Shown: positions 27,463 through 37,921 of the stretch, piece by piece
Layout of the letters: each line of letters opens with the position of its first letter
How positions within the stretch are numbered: the stretch's first letter is position 1
Source of the DNA: Chloroflexota bacterium
GTDB taxonomy: Bacteria > Chloroflexota > Dehalococcoidia > UBA2247 > RBG-13-53-26
DNA: 64,000 bases
Assembly: GCA_016875915.1 (NCBI GenBank)
Contig: VGOM01000002.1
Location: 23,263-87,262, forward strand
Direction: 5' to 3'
Made by a program: the position numbers and the translations under genes
Notes under the pieces: generated by a model
What the model was told of the DNA's origin: nothing
Database searches by the model: none
The model's input: only the letters and a program-made list of their open reading frames with translations

Positions 27463-27975
27463 ATGACCAAGGCCGAACTAGAATCACTGGTGAAGAGAGA
27501 GGCTGGCACAGGGTACGCCCCCCGCATCTTCAGGGACATCCAGAAGGTCATTGAAGACACCGGAGGGCGGTCGGGGGCATTGATCAGAGTCCTGCAGCAA
27601 GCCCAGGGACTGGTGGGGTATCTGCCGCCGCCGGTGCTCATGACCATCTCCAGGGACCTGAACATACCTCTCAGCGAAGTGAACGGCATAGTCAGTTTCT
27701 ACAGCTTCTTCACCACCGTTCCCCGCGGGAAGTATGTCGTTCAGGTGTGCCTGGGTACATGCTGCTACGTCAGAGGCGGGCAGAGGATCCTGGATGTCCT
27801 GAAGAAGGAGTACGGGCTTGAACCCGGCGATACGTCGCCTGACGGACTGCTGTCCGTGGACACCATCCGCTGTCTGGGGGCCTGCGCCCTGGCCCCGGTG
27901 GTTACTCTGGACGGACAGGTGCACAGAAGGGTGAAGGCCACCGGTGTGAAAGAACTAGTCAGCCACTGCAAATAG
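27463..27975 (+). CDS. hoxE: NuoE-like [2Fe-2S] thioredoxin-fold diaphorase subunit (HoxE/HndA-like)
   Basis: CLGTCC...C...C motif of NuoE/24-kDa-subunit type. Start at MTKAELESL, with an AGGAGG RBS. Confidence 0.85.
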   Translation: MTKAELESLVKREAGTGYAPRIFRDIQKVIEDTGGRSGALIRVLQQAQGLVGYLPPPVLMTISRDLNIPLSEVNGIVSFYSFFTTVPRGKYVVQVCLGTCCYVRGGQRILDVLKKEYGLEPGDTSPDGLLSVDTIRCLGACALAPVVTLDGQVHRRVKATGVKELVSHCK

Positions 27976-27985
27976 GGGGTTAGCC

Positions 27986-30900
27986 GTGAAGAGAATTGAC
28001 TCCTTGGAAGCCCTGGACGCCATCAAGAAGAAGGTAAGGCCCCGTCTGGCCGTCAGAGAGGACACCGACCACAGCAAGATCAAGGATGCCGCTCAGGTCG
28101 ATGTGCTCGTCTGCAGAGGCACCGGCTGCACGGCTGCCGGCGCCGACCTGGTCGAAGAGGCTTTCCGCGACCTCATTGCCAAGAAAGGCCTCGAGTCCAA
28201 AGCCAGAGTCGTTGGCGTGACCAAGATCGGCTGCCGCGGTTTCTGTGAGAAGGGCCCCAACGTGACCATCACCCCCGGTGACATCCTCTACACCCTGGTG
28301 AAGCCCGAAGACGTGGAGGAGATCATCGAGACGCACCTCATCCACGGTGAGATCGTGGACAGGCTGGTCTACGTTGACCCCATCAGCCGCAAGGCCAGTC
28401 CGGCGAACCATGACATCGAGTTCTATAAGAAGCAGAAGAGGATCGTTCTGGGCCTCAACGGCCTGATAGACCCATGGAGCATAGAGGACTACATCGCCTT
28501 TGACGGCTACCGCGCCTTTGTCCGCGCGCTGACCCAGATGAACGCCGATCAGGTCCTGGAAGAGGTGAATAAGTCGGGCCTCCGCGGGCGGGGCGGGGCC
28601 GGATTCCCCACGGCGCGCAAATGGACGTTCGTCCGCAATGCCACCGGCGATGAGAAGTTCGTGGTCTGCAACGGAGACGAAGGCGACCCCGGGGCTTTCA
28701 TGAACCGCTCCGTCCTCGAAGGCAACCCCCACGCCGTGGTTGAGGGCATGCTGCTGGGAGCATATGCCATCAAGAATGTCCGCCAGGGATATGCCTACGT
28801 CCGTGCCGAGTACCCGCTGGCCATCGAGACGCTGGGCCACGCCATAAGCCAGGCTCGCCAGTACGGGCTGCTGGGCAAGGACATCCTGGGGACCGGCTTC
28901 GAGTTCGATCTCGACATCTTCCCCGGTGCGGGAGCCTTCGTCTGCGGAGAAGAGACCGCCCTGCTCATATCCATCGAAGGCAAGCGGGGCAATCCCCGCC
29001 AAAGGCCCCCGTTCCCGGCCAACAAGGGTCTCTTCGACAAGCCGACCACCATCAACAATGTGGAGACGTGGTCCATAGTCCCGCAGATCATCCTCAACGG
29101 CGGGGAGTGGTACAAGAGCCTGGGAGTGAAGGGGAACGCGGGAACCAAGACCTTCTGCCTGGTGGGCAAGATCAGTAGCTCCGGAATCGCTGAAGTCCCG
29201 GTCGGCACTCCCTTGGGGAACATAGTCTTCGACATCGGCGGAGGTCCTCCCGGCGACAAGGCCTTCAAGGCCGTCCAGATCGGCGGACCCTCCGGCGGCG
29301 TGATCCCTATCGAGCATATCAACACCTCCGTTGACTATGAATCGGTGACCAGCCTGGGGGCCATCATGGGCTCCGGCGGCCTCATCGTCATGGATGAAGA
29401 CAGCTGCATGGTGGACATGGCCAAGTTCTTCCTCCAGTTCACCAAGGACGAGTCCTGCGGCAAATGCCTCCCGTGCCGCGCCGGCATCCCCAAGATGCTG
29501 GACATCCTGAACAAGATCACCCGGGGCGAAGGCAGCCTGGAAGACCTGGCCGTCCTCCAGGAGTTGGCCGAGATGGTGGGCTCCGCGTCCCTCTGCGGAC
29601 TGGGCCAGACCGCCCCCAACCCCGTGTTGAGCACCATCCGCCACTTCCGTCAGGAGTACGAGGCGCATATCATCGACAAGAGGTGTCCGGCGGCTGTCTG
29701 CGCAGCGCTGTTCAAGGCACCATGCCAGCACACCTGTCCGGTGGGCCTGGATGTCCCGGGCTACGCCGCCTTCATCAAGGAAGGCCGGTTCGCCGATGCC
29801 TACCGACTGATCAAGCAGAGGAATCCCTTCCCCTCGATTTGTGGCCGAGTCTGCCACCACCCCTGCGAGAGCAAGTGCCGGCGGGGGCAGATGGATGAGC
29901 CCGTGGCAATCAGGCACCTGAAGCGGTTCGCCGCTGACTGGGCTATCGAACACGGCTTCGAATATATACCGCCGGTGAAGGAGAGAAGGGCGGAGAAGGT
30001 GGCCATCGTTGGGGCCGGCCCCGCCGGACTGTCCGCGGCTCACGACCTGGCCCTTGACGGCTACCCGGTCACGGTCTTCGAGGCTTTGTCCGTGGCCGGC
30101 GGCATGCTTGCGGTGGGCATACCCGAATACCGGCTGCCCAGGAACGCCATCCAGAGAGAGATCGACGCCATCCGGAGAATGGGCGTTGATATCCAACTGA
30201 ACACCAGCATCGACGATCTGAAGGCCCTGTTCAAGGATGGCTACAAGGCCGTCTTCATGGCCGTGGGTGCCCACAGCGGGGACAAGATGAAGATCGCCGG
30301 CGAGGACATGAAAGGCGTGTACGACGCCGTGGAGTTCCTCCGCGACGCCAACCTGGGCCGCGCCGCCAAGGTAGGGAAGAAGGTGGCCGTGGTCGGCGGG
30401 GGCAATACTGCCACCGACTCCGCCAGAGTGGCCCTGAGGATGGGCGCCGAAGAGGTGCACATGTTCTACAGGCGGGAGAAGAAGGATATGCCCGCCATAG
30501 CCGAGGAGGTGGTGGCCGTCGAGGAAGAGGATATCCACCTTCACCTGCTGACCGCCCCCACCCGGATAGTGGGCCAGGACGGCAGGGTGTCAGGGCTGGA
30601 GCTGATCCAGATGACGCTGGGAGAGTTCGACAAGAGCGGCAGGAGAACGCCGAGCAATGTTGCCGGCTCTGAGTACGTCTTCAAGTGCGACACCATCATC
30701 GAGGCCATCGGGCAGCGGCCAGCCACCGCCTCGTTCAGCGGCAACGGACTCAAGATCGGCCGGGGCGGGACCATATCCGCAGATGCCCGCACCCTGGCCA
30801 CGGATCAGCCGGGCGTGTTTGCCGGTGGAGATGCAGTGACCGGCCCCCAGACGGTGATAGAAGCCATCGCCGCCGGCCAGAGGGCCGCTTCTTCCATCAA

Positions 30901-31141
30901 GCGCTTCCTGCGGGGAAGCGATCTGGCCCCGAGGGTGGATCGCCCCGACGTCGAGGCCTTCGTGCTGCCTGCGCCTGACGAGGTGGAGGACGTCAAAGAG
31001 AAAGCACGGCTGGTCATCGAGGAGGTGACCTCGAAGAAGAGGAAGGGCTCATTCGACGAAGTGGTCCTGGGCTACAGCGCTCCGGAGGCCATGGAAGAGG
31101 CAGCGCGATGCCTCAGGTGCGATGCAGAAGCTGGAGGATAA
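27986..31141 (+). CDS. hoxF: NuoF-like NAD(H)-binding FMN/[4Fe-4S] diaphorase subunit (HoxF) with N-terminal [2Fe-2S] domain, fused to a C-terminal GltD-like FAD/NAD(P)-binding domain
   Basis: GTG start. N-terminal thioredoxin-like [2Fe-2S] (CRGTGCTAAG...CRGFCEKGP). NuoF core (GRGGAGFPTARKW, CGKCLPCR). 2x[4Fe-4S]. Then, from about residue 650, VAIVGAGPAGLSAAHDL...VAVVGGGNTATDSAR, typical of the glutamate synthase small chain. Confidence 0.88.
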   Translation: MKRIDSLEALDAIKKKVRPRLAVREDTDHSKIKDAAQVDVLVCRGTGCTAAGADLVEEAFRDLIAKKGLESKARVVGVTKIGCRGFCEKGPNVTITPGDILYTLVKPEDVEEIIETHLIHGEIVDRLVYVDPISRKASPANHDIEFYKKQKRIVLGLNGLIDPWSIEDYIAFDGYRAFVRALTQMNADQVLEEVNKSGLRGRGGAGFPTARKWTFVRNATGDEKFVVCNGDEGDPGAFMNRSVLEGNPHAVVEGMLLGAYAIKNVRQGYAYVRAEYPLAIETLGHAISQARQYGLLGKDILGTGFEFDLDIFPGAGAFVCGEETALLISIEGKRGNPRQRPPFPANKGLFDKPTTINNVETWSIVPQIILNGGEWYKSLGVKGNAGTKTFCLVGKISSSGIAEVPVGTPLGNIVFDIGGGPPGDKAFKAVQIGGPSGGVIPIEHINTSVDYESVTSLGAIMGSGGLIVMDEDSCMVDMAKFFLQFTKDESCGKCLPCRAGIPKMLDILNKITRGEGSLEDLAVLQELAEMVGSASLCGLGQTAPNPVLSTIRHFRQEYEAHIIDKRCPAAVCAALFKAPCQHTCPVGLDVPGYAAFIKEGRFADAYRLIKQRNPFPSICGRVCHHPCESKCRRGQMDEPVAIRHLKRFAADWAIEHGFEYIPPVKERRAEKVAIVGAGPAGLSAAHDLALDGYPVTVFEALSVAGGMLAVGIPEYRLPRNAIQREIDAIRRMGVDIQLNTSIDDLKALFKDGYKAVFMAVGAHSGDKMKIAGEDMKGVYDAVEFLRDANLGRAAKVGKKVAVVGGGNTATDSARVALRMGAEEVHMFYRREKKDMPAIAEEVVAVEEEDIHLHLLTAPTRIVGQDGRVSGLELIQMTLGEFDKSGRRTPSNVAGSEYVFKCDTIIEAIGQRPATASFSGNGLKIGRGGTISADARTLATDQPGVFAGGDAVTGPQTVIEAIAAGQRAASSIKRFLRGSDLAPRVDRPDVEAFVLPAPDEVEDVKEKARLVIEEVTSKKRKGSFDEVVLGYSAPEAMEEAARCLRCDAEAGG

Positions 31142-31144
31142 GAG

Positions 31145-33124
31145 ATGAAGCAGATAACGCTCACTGTTGACGGCAAGGAAGTCAAGGGCCGCGAGGGTGA
31201 TACTGTCCTCGATGTCTGCCAGGCCAACGGCTTCGATGTCCCCACACTGTGCCATTTCAAGGGTCTTACCAGTGTCGGCGCCTGCCGCATGTGTGTCGTT
31301 GACATTGAGGGTGAGAGAAGGATAAACCCCGCCTGCACCTACCCCGCCAGGGACGGCTTGGTGGTGCAGACCAAGACCGAGACGCTGGAGAGATACCGCC
31401 GCCTGATGCTGGAACTGATGTTCACGGAGAGGAACCACCTCTGCATGTTCTGCGAGCAGAGCGGCGACTGCGAGCTGCAGAAGATGGCCTACCGCTATCA
31501 GATGGATAATGTCCGCTACCCCTACACCTTTCCGTCGCAGCCGCTGGACCCGTCCACGGACGCCATTGCCGTGGACCACAACCGCTGCATCCTCTGCGGC
31601 AGGTGCGTCCGCGCCTGCGCTCAGATTGAAGCCAACCACACCCTGGATTTCTCCAAGCGCGGCTGGAAGACCATGGTGGCGGCCGATCTGGGCCAGTTGC
31701 TGGGCGAATCGTCATGCACACTCTGCGGGGCCTGTATGCAGGTCTGCCCCACCGGAGCAGTATTCTCCAAACTTAGCATCTATAAGGGGAGGACCGCGGA
31801 GTGTCAGAAGACTGATACGGTCTGCCCCATCTGCGGGGTGGGCTGCGAGCTGCGGGTCTTCTCCAAGGACAACAACGTGATACTTATTCAGGCCCCGGAA
31901 CCGGCTCAGCCAAGGGGAGCCCTCTGCAAAGAGGGCCGCTTCGGGCTGCTCCGCAACGGGCATCTGAGGGTCGCCTCACCCCTGATCAGGGACAGGCATG
32001 GCAGGCAGTCGGAGAGCACTCTGGATGAAGCCCTGGAGGCGGCGGCAGAGAAGCTCAAGGCGGCGGGGCGGGGCTCCACTGCCGGGGTTGTCTCGTCCAG
32101 ACTGCCCGGCGAGACCCTCTCCCTCTTCGACAACTTCGTGCGCGATGTGCTGGGCAGCGACTGCATCGATACCTGCGATGGCAGGTCCTTCCGGGTGATT
32201 GCCCAGGGCATCAAGCAGTTCCACGGCAAGAGGAAGGGCCTGGACATCGAATGCGGTGCCGAGGAGATCCTTCAGGCCGACTGCATCCTCCTGGTGGGGG
32301 CTGACCCCCTGAAGACCCACCCGGTCATCGGCGCGCTGATCCGCAGAGCCTTGGACGAGAGGAAGGCCAAGCTGGTGGTGGTCAACGTTGAGAGGGATGT
32401 CTTCCCCCTATGGAGCACCCTCTGGCTGAAGCCCAGGGCGGGCAGCGAAGGAGCGGTGCTCAGCGGCCTGTCCAAGAGCATCATCGACAACGGCCTGGTG
32501 AAGACCAAGAAGACGCCGGCTGAGCTCATTCAGTCCCAGCGCCGCTACTGGACCGAGGAACCGGTCCATTCCACCGGCGTCGATCCGGAGAAGATCGATG
32601 CCGCGGCCAGGATGTACGCCGAGGCTGAGAACGCCGTGATCATCTACGGTGAAGGGTTGCTGGAGAGGAATGACTCCAATCTGGTCACCCTCCTGCTCAA
32701 CCTGGCCGATCTGACCGGGAACCAGGCGGGAAGCCATCTCCGCGTGCTCTCCCTCAAACCGCACTGCAACAGCCGCGGCGCCTGGGATCTGGGCATAGCA
32801 GACAAGGAGATCCCCCGGGGCAAGGTGAACGGGCTTTATCTGCTTCTGGGTGAGGAGCAGGGAAGCGAGAGGCTGCAGAGCTGGCTTCGGGGCATGGATT
32901 TCCTCATTGTCCAGGCCAGCTACCAGTCGCCGGTGACCTCGATGGCCGACATCGTATTGCCATCGCCAACCTGGGCGGAGAGGGAGCCGGGGGAGTTCAT
33001 CAGCATGGACGGTCGTATCTACGAGTCACGACCGGTCGTCAGCCCGGCGGATGGCGTGCTTCAAGACAGGGAGATCCTGGTGAGGCTCTCGAAGAAGCTG
33101 GGACACAGATTGACCCCAAGGTAG
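31145..33124 (+). CDS. hoxU: NuoG/HoxU-like Fe-S subunit with an N-terminal [2Fe-2S] and [4Fe-4S] region and a degenerate molybdopterin-oxidoreductase-like C-terminal domain
   Basis: 2Fe-2S motif (CRMCVVDIEGERRINPAC), 4Fe-4S His/Cys cluster motifs, CILCGRCVRAC and CTLCGACMQVCP. No Mo-ligating Cys/Sec context. Confidence 0.85.
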   Translation: MKQITLTVDGKEVKGREGDTVLDVCQANGFDVPTLCHFKGLTSVGACRMCVVDIEGERRINPACTYPARDGLVVQTKTETLERYRRLMLELMFTERNHLCMFCEQSGDCELQKMAYRYQMDNVRYPYTFPSQPLDPSTDAIAVDHNRCILCGRCVRACAQIEANHTLDFSKRGWKTMVAADLGQLLGESSCTLCGACMQVCPTGAVFSKLSIYKGRTAECQKTDTVCPICGVGCELRVFSKDNNVILIQAPEPAQPRGALCKEGRFGLLRNGHLRVASPLIRDRHGRQSESTLDEALEAAAEKLKAAGRGSTAGVVSSRLPGETLSLFDNFVRDVLGSDCIDTCDGRSFRVIAQGIKQFHGKRKGLDIECGAEEILQADCILLVGADPLKTHPVIGALIRRALDERKAKLVVVNVERDVFPLWSTLWLKPRAGSEGAVLSGLSKSIIDNGLVKTKKTPAELIQSQRRYWTEEPVHSTGVDPEKIDAAARMYAEAENAVIIYGEGLLERNDSNLVTLLLNLADLTGNQAGSHLRVLSLKPHCNSRGAWDLGIADKEIPRGKVNGLYLLLGEEQGSERLQSWLRGMDFLIVQASYQSPVTSMADIVLPSPTWAEREPGEFISMDGRIYESRPVVSPADGVLQDREILVRLSKKLGHRLTPR

Positions 33125-33134
33125 GAGGTATAAC

Positions 33135-33671
33135 GTGGCCAAACCGAAGATCGCTACTGCGTGGCTAGCCGGGTGTGCTGGATGTCATATGTCCTTCCTT
33201 GACATCGATGAGGCGATCATCGAGGTCGCCAAACTGGTGGAGATCACCGCCAGTCCCATCACCGACTTCAAGGAGTTCCCCGCTGTTGACGTCGGCATCG
33301 TCGAAGGCGCCGTCAATACCACGGACAACGTCGAGGTAGTGCACAAGCTGCGGCACGCCTGCAAGATACTCATGGCCTGGGGTGACTGCGCCTGCTTCGG
33401 GGGCATACCTACCATGCGCAATATGTTCGACAAGAACGAACTGCTCCGGCGGGCTTTCGTCGAAACCGAGAGCACCGCGAAGGGGAGGATCCCCTCCTCT
33501 GACGAGCTGCCCCGCCTTCTGGATCAGTGCAAGCCGGTGCACAACGTCGTCAAGGTGGATTGCTTCGTCCCCGGCTGTCCCCCCAGTGCCAAAGCGATTC
33601 ACTACGCCCTGGTGGAGCTCCTCAATGGCAGGATCCCGGTGCTGCCCGCCGAAATGATGAAGTTCGACTGA
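33135..33671 (+). CDS. hoxY: [NiFe]-hydrogenase small subunit, group 3d (HoxY)
   Basis: GTG start after a GGAGG RBS. WLAGCAGCHMSF...WGDCACFGG...VPGCPP; short (178 aa), HoxY-type. Confidence 0.88.
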   Translation: MAKPKIATAWLAGCAGCHMSFLDIDEAIIEVAKLVEITASPITDFKEFPAVDVGIVEGAVNTTDNVEVVHKLRHACKILMAWGDCACFGGIPTMRNMFDKNELLRRAFVETESTAKGRIPSSDELPRLLDQCKPVHNVVKVDCFVPGCPPSAKAIHYALVELLNGRIPVLPAEMMKFD

Positions 33672-33697
33672 ATGTGCAGAGTTGTGGAGGCATTCAA

Positions 33698-35128
33698 ATG
33701 ACCAAGAAGATCGTCATCGAGCCGATTACCCGTATCGAGGGCCACGGGAAGGTGACCATCGAACTGGACAACGACGGGAATGTTGCCGACACCAGGTTCA
33801 ATGTCGTGGAGTTCCGGGGGGTGGAGAAGTTCTGTGAGGGGCGGCTCTTCTGGGAAATGCCACTGATCACTGCACGGGTCTGCGGCATCTGCCCCGTCAG
33901 CCATCATCTGGCCGCCGCCAAGGCCGGCGATGCCATCCTGGGCGTTGAACTGCCCCCGGCGGCCAAGAGACTGCGCGAGCTGCTCCACATGGCCCAGTAC
34001 GTCCAATCCCATTCTCTTCACTTCTTCCACCTGGCCAGCCCCGATCTGCTCCTGGGTATGGACGCCGATCCGGCCAAACGGAACGTCATCGGGCTCATCG
34101 CCGAGAAACCTGAAATCGCAGTCAAAGGGGTGATGCTGCGCAAGTTCGGCCAGGAGCTGATTGAAGCCCTGGGCGGCAAGAAGGTGCATCCCAACGCTGC
34201 CATCCCGGGAGGGATGAACAAGGCCCTCTCCCATGCGGAGCGGGACAGGTTCCTGGGGCAGGCAGACCGGGTCATCGCTGACATCGGCGTTGCCCTGGAC
34301 ATCGCCAAGGACTACTTCGCCCACCACGGGCGCGAAGCGGCTACCTTCGCCGTGTTCCCGTCCTGCTATATGGGACTGGTGGGCCAGAGCGGGAATCTCG
34401 AGCTGTACGACGGCACTCTGAGGGTCAGAGACAGCAAGGGGTTCATCCTCGAAGATAACGTGGATCCCAGCGACTACCTGTCCATCATCGAGGAAACGGT
34501 GGAGGACTGGTCCTACCTCAAGTTCCCCTACTACAAGAAGTGGGGCTACCCCGCCGGCACCTACCGCGTCGGCCCGCTGGGCAGGCTGAACGTGGCGGAC
34601 AGGATTGCCACGCCTCTGGCCGACAAGGAGTTCCGCGCCTTCAAGAAGCTCGGAAACGACGGGATAGTCGAGGGTTCGCTGTACTACCACTATGCCCGGC
34701 TCATCGAGGCCCTGTACGCCGCCGAGAGGCTGAAGGCACTGCTGGAGGATGAACTCACCTGTTCAACTGAGATAAACGTCAACTCCTCGACCTTCAACGA
34801 AGAGGGTATCGGGGTCATCGAGGCCCCCAGGGGCACGCTGATCCATCACTACTGGGTGGACCGCAACGGGACAGTGAGGAAGGCCAACCTCATCGTGGCC
34901 ACCGGGCACAACAACGGGGCCATCAACCGCGCCGTTCACGAGGTGGCCAAGGAGTACATCAAGGGGACCAAGATCGCCGAGGGAATGCTGAACCGGGTGG
35001 AGGCAGCCATTCGCTGCTACGACCCCTGTCTCTCCTGTTCAACGCACGCCCTGGGGCAGATGCCCCTGAGAATCGAAGTGGTCTCCCCCTCCGGGGAGGT
35101 CTTGGACTGCTCTCAGACCCGGCCGTAG
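33698..35128 (+). CDS. hoxH: [NiFe]-hydrogenase large subunit, group 3d (HoxH)
   Basis: Start at [17 protein letters not shown] with a [16 protein letters not shown] and C-terminal [12 protein letters not shown], plus a C-terminal extension for endopeptidase processing. The ORF track entry starts further upstream. Confidence 0.92.
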   Translation: MTKKIVIEPITRIEGHGKVTIELDNDGNVADTRFNVVEFRGVEKFCEGRLFWEMPLITARVCGICPVSHHLAAAKAGDAILGVELPPAAKRLRELLHMAQYVQSHSLHFFHLASPDLLLGMDADPAKRNVIGLIAEKPEIAVKGVMLRKFGQELIEALGGKKVHPNAAIPGGMNKALSHAERDRFLGQADRVIADIGVALDIAKDYFAHHGREAATFAVFPSCYMGLVGQSGNLELYDGTLRVRDSKGFILEDNVDPSDYLSIIEETVEDWSYLKFPYYKKWGYPAGTYRVGPLGRLNVADRIATPLADKEFRAFKKLGNDGIVEGSLYYHYARLIEALYAAERLKALLEDELTCSTEINVNSSTFNEEGIGVIEAPRGTLIHHYWVDRNGTVRKANLIVATGHNNGAINRAVHEVAKEYIKGTKIAEGMLNRVEAAIRCYDPCLSCSTHALGQMPLRIEVVSPSGEVLDCSQTRP

Positions 35129-35149
35129 CTAGCAGCAGCGGCGCGGGCC

Positions 35150-35183
35150 AGAACATCTCCTGATGTGGGACAGGAGATGTTCT
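35150..35183. terminator. perfect 13-bp inverted repeat between convergent hoxH and the histidine kinase (putative bidirectional terminator)
   Basis: AGAACATCTCCTG-atgtggga-CAGGAGATGTTCT, lying between the hoxH stop (35128) and the kinase stop (35185). No strong U-run. Confidence 0.35.
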
Positions 35184-35184
35184 C

Positions 35185-37191
35185 TTATGCGGCGATCTCC
35201 ACCACCACCGATGTACCTTTGCCCGGCTCGGAGTGAAAGGTCACATTGCCGCCGAGCAGGCCCGCCCTCTCCTGCATGCCGGTCAACCCGAGCTTGCCGT
35301 CCCTGGTCAGATCACCGACGGAACTCGGCACGGCGAAGCCCTTGCCATTGTCCTTGATGATCATCACCACCTTGGATCCCTGGAAATCCACGCTGACTTC
35401 TGCTTCTGTTGCCTCGGAATGCCGCCAGACATTCCTCAGGGACTCCTGAGCGATCCGAAACAGAGTCAGCTCGACATCGGGAGGTAGTCGCCGGCTGGCG
35501 CCGCCCACTTTGACCTTGACATCTATGCCTGAGTACCGGGACACATCGCTGGCCAGCCACTCCAGCCCGGCCAGCAGGCCGAGCCGGTCCAGCGTCGAAG
35601 GTCTCAGGTCCTGAGTCAGACGCCTCACCCCGTCCATGATGCCGGTGGTCTGCTGCCGCAGGCTCTCCAGGAGAGCCCTCTTCTCCTCCGGCATGCTCCT
35701 GCCCGAAGAGGCCGCATCCTCGAGCTGCCGCGAAAGGACCACCAGCGCCTGTATGGTGTCATCGTGAAGCTCGCGGGCAATGCGCTTTCTCTCCTCTTCC
35801 TGGGCCTTGGTCACCTGGCTCAGGTAGCGGCGCAGGTTCTCTTTCAGACGGATCTCCTCGGTCACATCCCTGGCGATGTTGTGGAAGCCCACGGGCTTTC
35901 CATCCTCCGCCACCATGCTGGTGGTCACCATCAGTATCGCCTCGGAACCGTCCCTGCGCCCCATGCGCAGCTCATAGGGCTGTTCCAGGGGCTCGCCGTC
36001 CATCAACTTGGACTTGACCTCCCTGGCACGGCCTAGGCCCTCCTCCGACAGGAAACCCCTGACGTTCATGGTGAGTAGTTCTGCCATGCTATATCCAGTG
36101 ACCTTCTCGGAGGCCCTGTTGGCAACGATGTAGTTCCCTTCCAGGTCGTGCACCCAGATGGCATCGTAGGCGTTCTCGAAGAGCCCCCGGTAGTTCCTCT
36201 CCGAGACAGCCAGCCTCTGGGTCGCCAGACGCTCCATCTCATACAGTCGAGCGTTGTCTGTGGCCACCCCGATCTGGTTGGCGATGGCGGTGAGCAATTC
36301 CACGTCGTCCTTCAGGAAGCGCCTGACACTCCGCGTAGCCACGTAGAGGGTCCCAGCCACCCTGCCCTTGGCCTTCATAGGCACCACCAACTGGGACCGA
36401 ATCCCCTCCTGCTTCACTGCCTGCCTGGCCACATCGTAGTGCTGGAAGGCATCCTCCACCAGCTTCATCTCGCCCGACTCAGCGACATGATTCTGGAAGC
36501 CGCGGCGCACCTTCACCCGGCCCACGGCCAGCACGAATTCCTGGGACGCACCGTGGTGGGCGGAGACCACCAGCTCGCCCGCCTCCTCATCGACAAGGGC
36601 GATCATGGCCACGTCTACCTTGGTCACATCGACCACATTCCGCACCGCCCTGTTCAACACATCATCCAGCTGCAGCGACTCAGACAGTATGGCCGACATC
36701 CGGTTCAGAGCCCCCAGTTTCCTCTCATTCTCCTTGATCACCTGGAGCTGCAGTTGCAGCCTCTTCTCCGCCATCTCCAGCTGGGTCCGGCGGTTGTGCT
36801 CCTCTCTGAGGGACTTGAAGGATAGGGCCACAACCATGCCGATGCTGAATACGGCAATGCTCTCCAGAATCGCGTCCGTGGGGTGGTCCGAGATGGCGAT
36901 GGCCCGCGGCAGCATGCAGGCCAGGGCCACGACGGAGGTGGCCACCACCCCCCGCTGGCCGAAAAGGAATCCCGCCCAGACCATCGGGGCCAGGTAGAGT
37001 ATTCTCTCGAACGAGTGTCTGTCCAGCTTGATGTTGTCAAGGACGCTGTTCAGCCACTGGGGATAGCCCGCCGTGTCCCGGTAGTGCAGGACGGTGATCA
37101 GTGCCAGCAGGACGACTGTCAGCCAGAAGCCAGGGCGCTTCAACAACCCCGACAGACGTCTGGTCAACGGCATTCTCTCGTGTTCAGCCAC
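35185..37191 (-). CDS. NarL-family sensor histidine kinase (TM + GAF + PAS + HisKA_3 + HATPase)
   Basis: N-terminal TM helices, GAF and PAS regions, the HisKA_3 H-box (ARELHDDTIQAL) and HATPase_c (GKGTSV). Confidence 0.88.
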   Translation of the reverse strand: MAEHERMPLTRRLSGLLKRPGFWLTVVLLALITVLHYRDTAGYPQWLNSVLDNIKLDRHSFERILYLAPMVWAGFLFGQRGVVATSVVALACMLPRAIAISDHPTDAILESIAVFSIGMVVALSFKSLREEHNRRTQLEMAEKRLQLQLQVIKENERKLGALNRMSAILSESLQLDDVLNRAVRNVVDVTKVDVAMIALVDEEAGELVVSAHHGASQEFVLAVGRVKVRRGFQNHVAESGEMKLVEDAFQHYDVARQAVKQEGIRSQLVVPMKAKGRVAGTLYVATRSVRRFLKDDVELLTAIANQIGVATDNARLYEMERLATQRLAVSERNYRGLFENAYDAIWVHDLEGNYIVANRASEKVTGYSMAELLTMNVRGFLSEEGLGRAREVKSKLMDGEPLEQPYELRMGRRDGSEAILMVTTSMVAEDGKPVGFHNIARDVTEEIRLKENLRRYLSQVTKAQEEERKRIARELHDDTIQALVVLSRQLEDAASSGRSMPEEKRALLESLRQQTTGIMDGVRRLTQDLRPSTLDRLGLLAGLEWLASDVSRYSGIDVKVKVGGASRRLPPDVELTLFRIAQESLRNVWRHSEATEAEVSVDFQGSKVVMIIKDNGKGFAVPSSVGDLTRDGKLGLTGMQERAGLLGGNVTFHSEPGKGTSVVVEIAA

Positions 37192-37222
37192 AGCCCTGCT
37201 CCGGCAAAGCCACGGAGGCCAC

Positions 37223-37888
37223 TCAGGGCACGTCTTCCAGAGTGACCCACTCTTCCTTCAAGGCCCGGACCACCGCCTCAGTGCGGGAGCCAACCTGCAG
37301 CTTGTTGAATATGTGCCCCAGATGCCCCTGCACAGTCCGTATGCTGAGGCACAACTCCTCGGCGATGTCGGCATTGCTCAGGCCGCGGGCGGCCAGCTTG
37401 AGGATCTCCTTCTCTCGATCGCTCAGTATCTCGGCCGACCTAGCGGCCACCGTCTTCTTGTTGCCGGCCATGAAGCGGTTGAGCACCTTCTTGGCCACGG
37501 CAGGGTGCAGCACAGACTCGCCGGAATAGACCGCCCTGACCGCATCCACCACCTCGCGGCTGCGCACGCTCTTGATCAGATAGCCCGCCGCGCCGGCCTC
37601 CAGCAGAGCGAAGACAAACTGATCATCATCATAGGCAGAGAGGATCAGCACCGTCACTGAAGGGCAGCGCCTCTTGATCTCCTTGGTGGCCTCTATGCCA
37701 TCGAGCTTCGGCATCGAGATGTCCATTATGGCTACGTCCGGCCTCAACTCATCGGCCAGGCATACCGCCTCTTCACCATCGCCGGCCTCGCCCACCACCT
37801 CGAGGTCCTTCTCGCGCTCGAACATCCTCCTCATCCCCTCCCTCACCATCGCATGATCATCAGCTATCAGCACTCGGATATTGGTCAT
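37223..37888 (-). CDS. NarL/LuxR-family response regulator (cognate of the upstream kinase; paralog of 25689-26354)
   Basis: About 75% aa identity to the other LuxR regulator. Start set at MTNIRVLIADDH, which has a GGGGG RBS and the TGCTATAAT element 26 nt upstream. The ORF track extends it to 37948. Confidence 0.88.
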   Translation of the reverse strand: MTNIRVLIADDHAMVREGMRRMFEREKDLEVVGEAGDGEEAVCLADELRPDVAIMDISMPKLDGIEATKEIKRRCPSVTVLILSAYDDDQFVFALLEAGAAGYLIKSVRSREVVDAVRAVYSGESVLHPAVAKKVLNRFMAGNKKTVAARSAEILSDREKEILKLAARGLSNADIAEELCLSIRTVQGHLGHIFNKLQVGSRTEAVVRALKEEWVTLEDVP

Positions 37889-37910
37889 GCCACCCCCTCG
37901 TAGCTGACGT

Positions 37911-37921
37911 AGATTATAGCA
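37911..37921 (-). promoter_or_regulatory. extended -10 promoter element TGCTATAAT for the LuxR-type regulator (copy 2)
   Basis: Same sequence and spacing as at 26378-26388. Confidence 0.45.

Noticed and set aside
27980-30544. 854-aa minus-strand ORF, plus the 362-aa ORF at 33602-34690
   Set aside because: Both lie antisense to the hoxF and hoxH genes, which carry definitive cofactor-binding motifs. They are artefacts of 62% GC.
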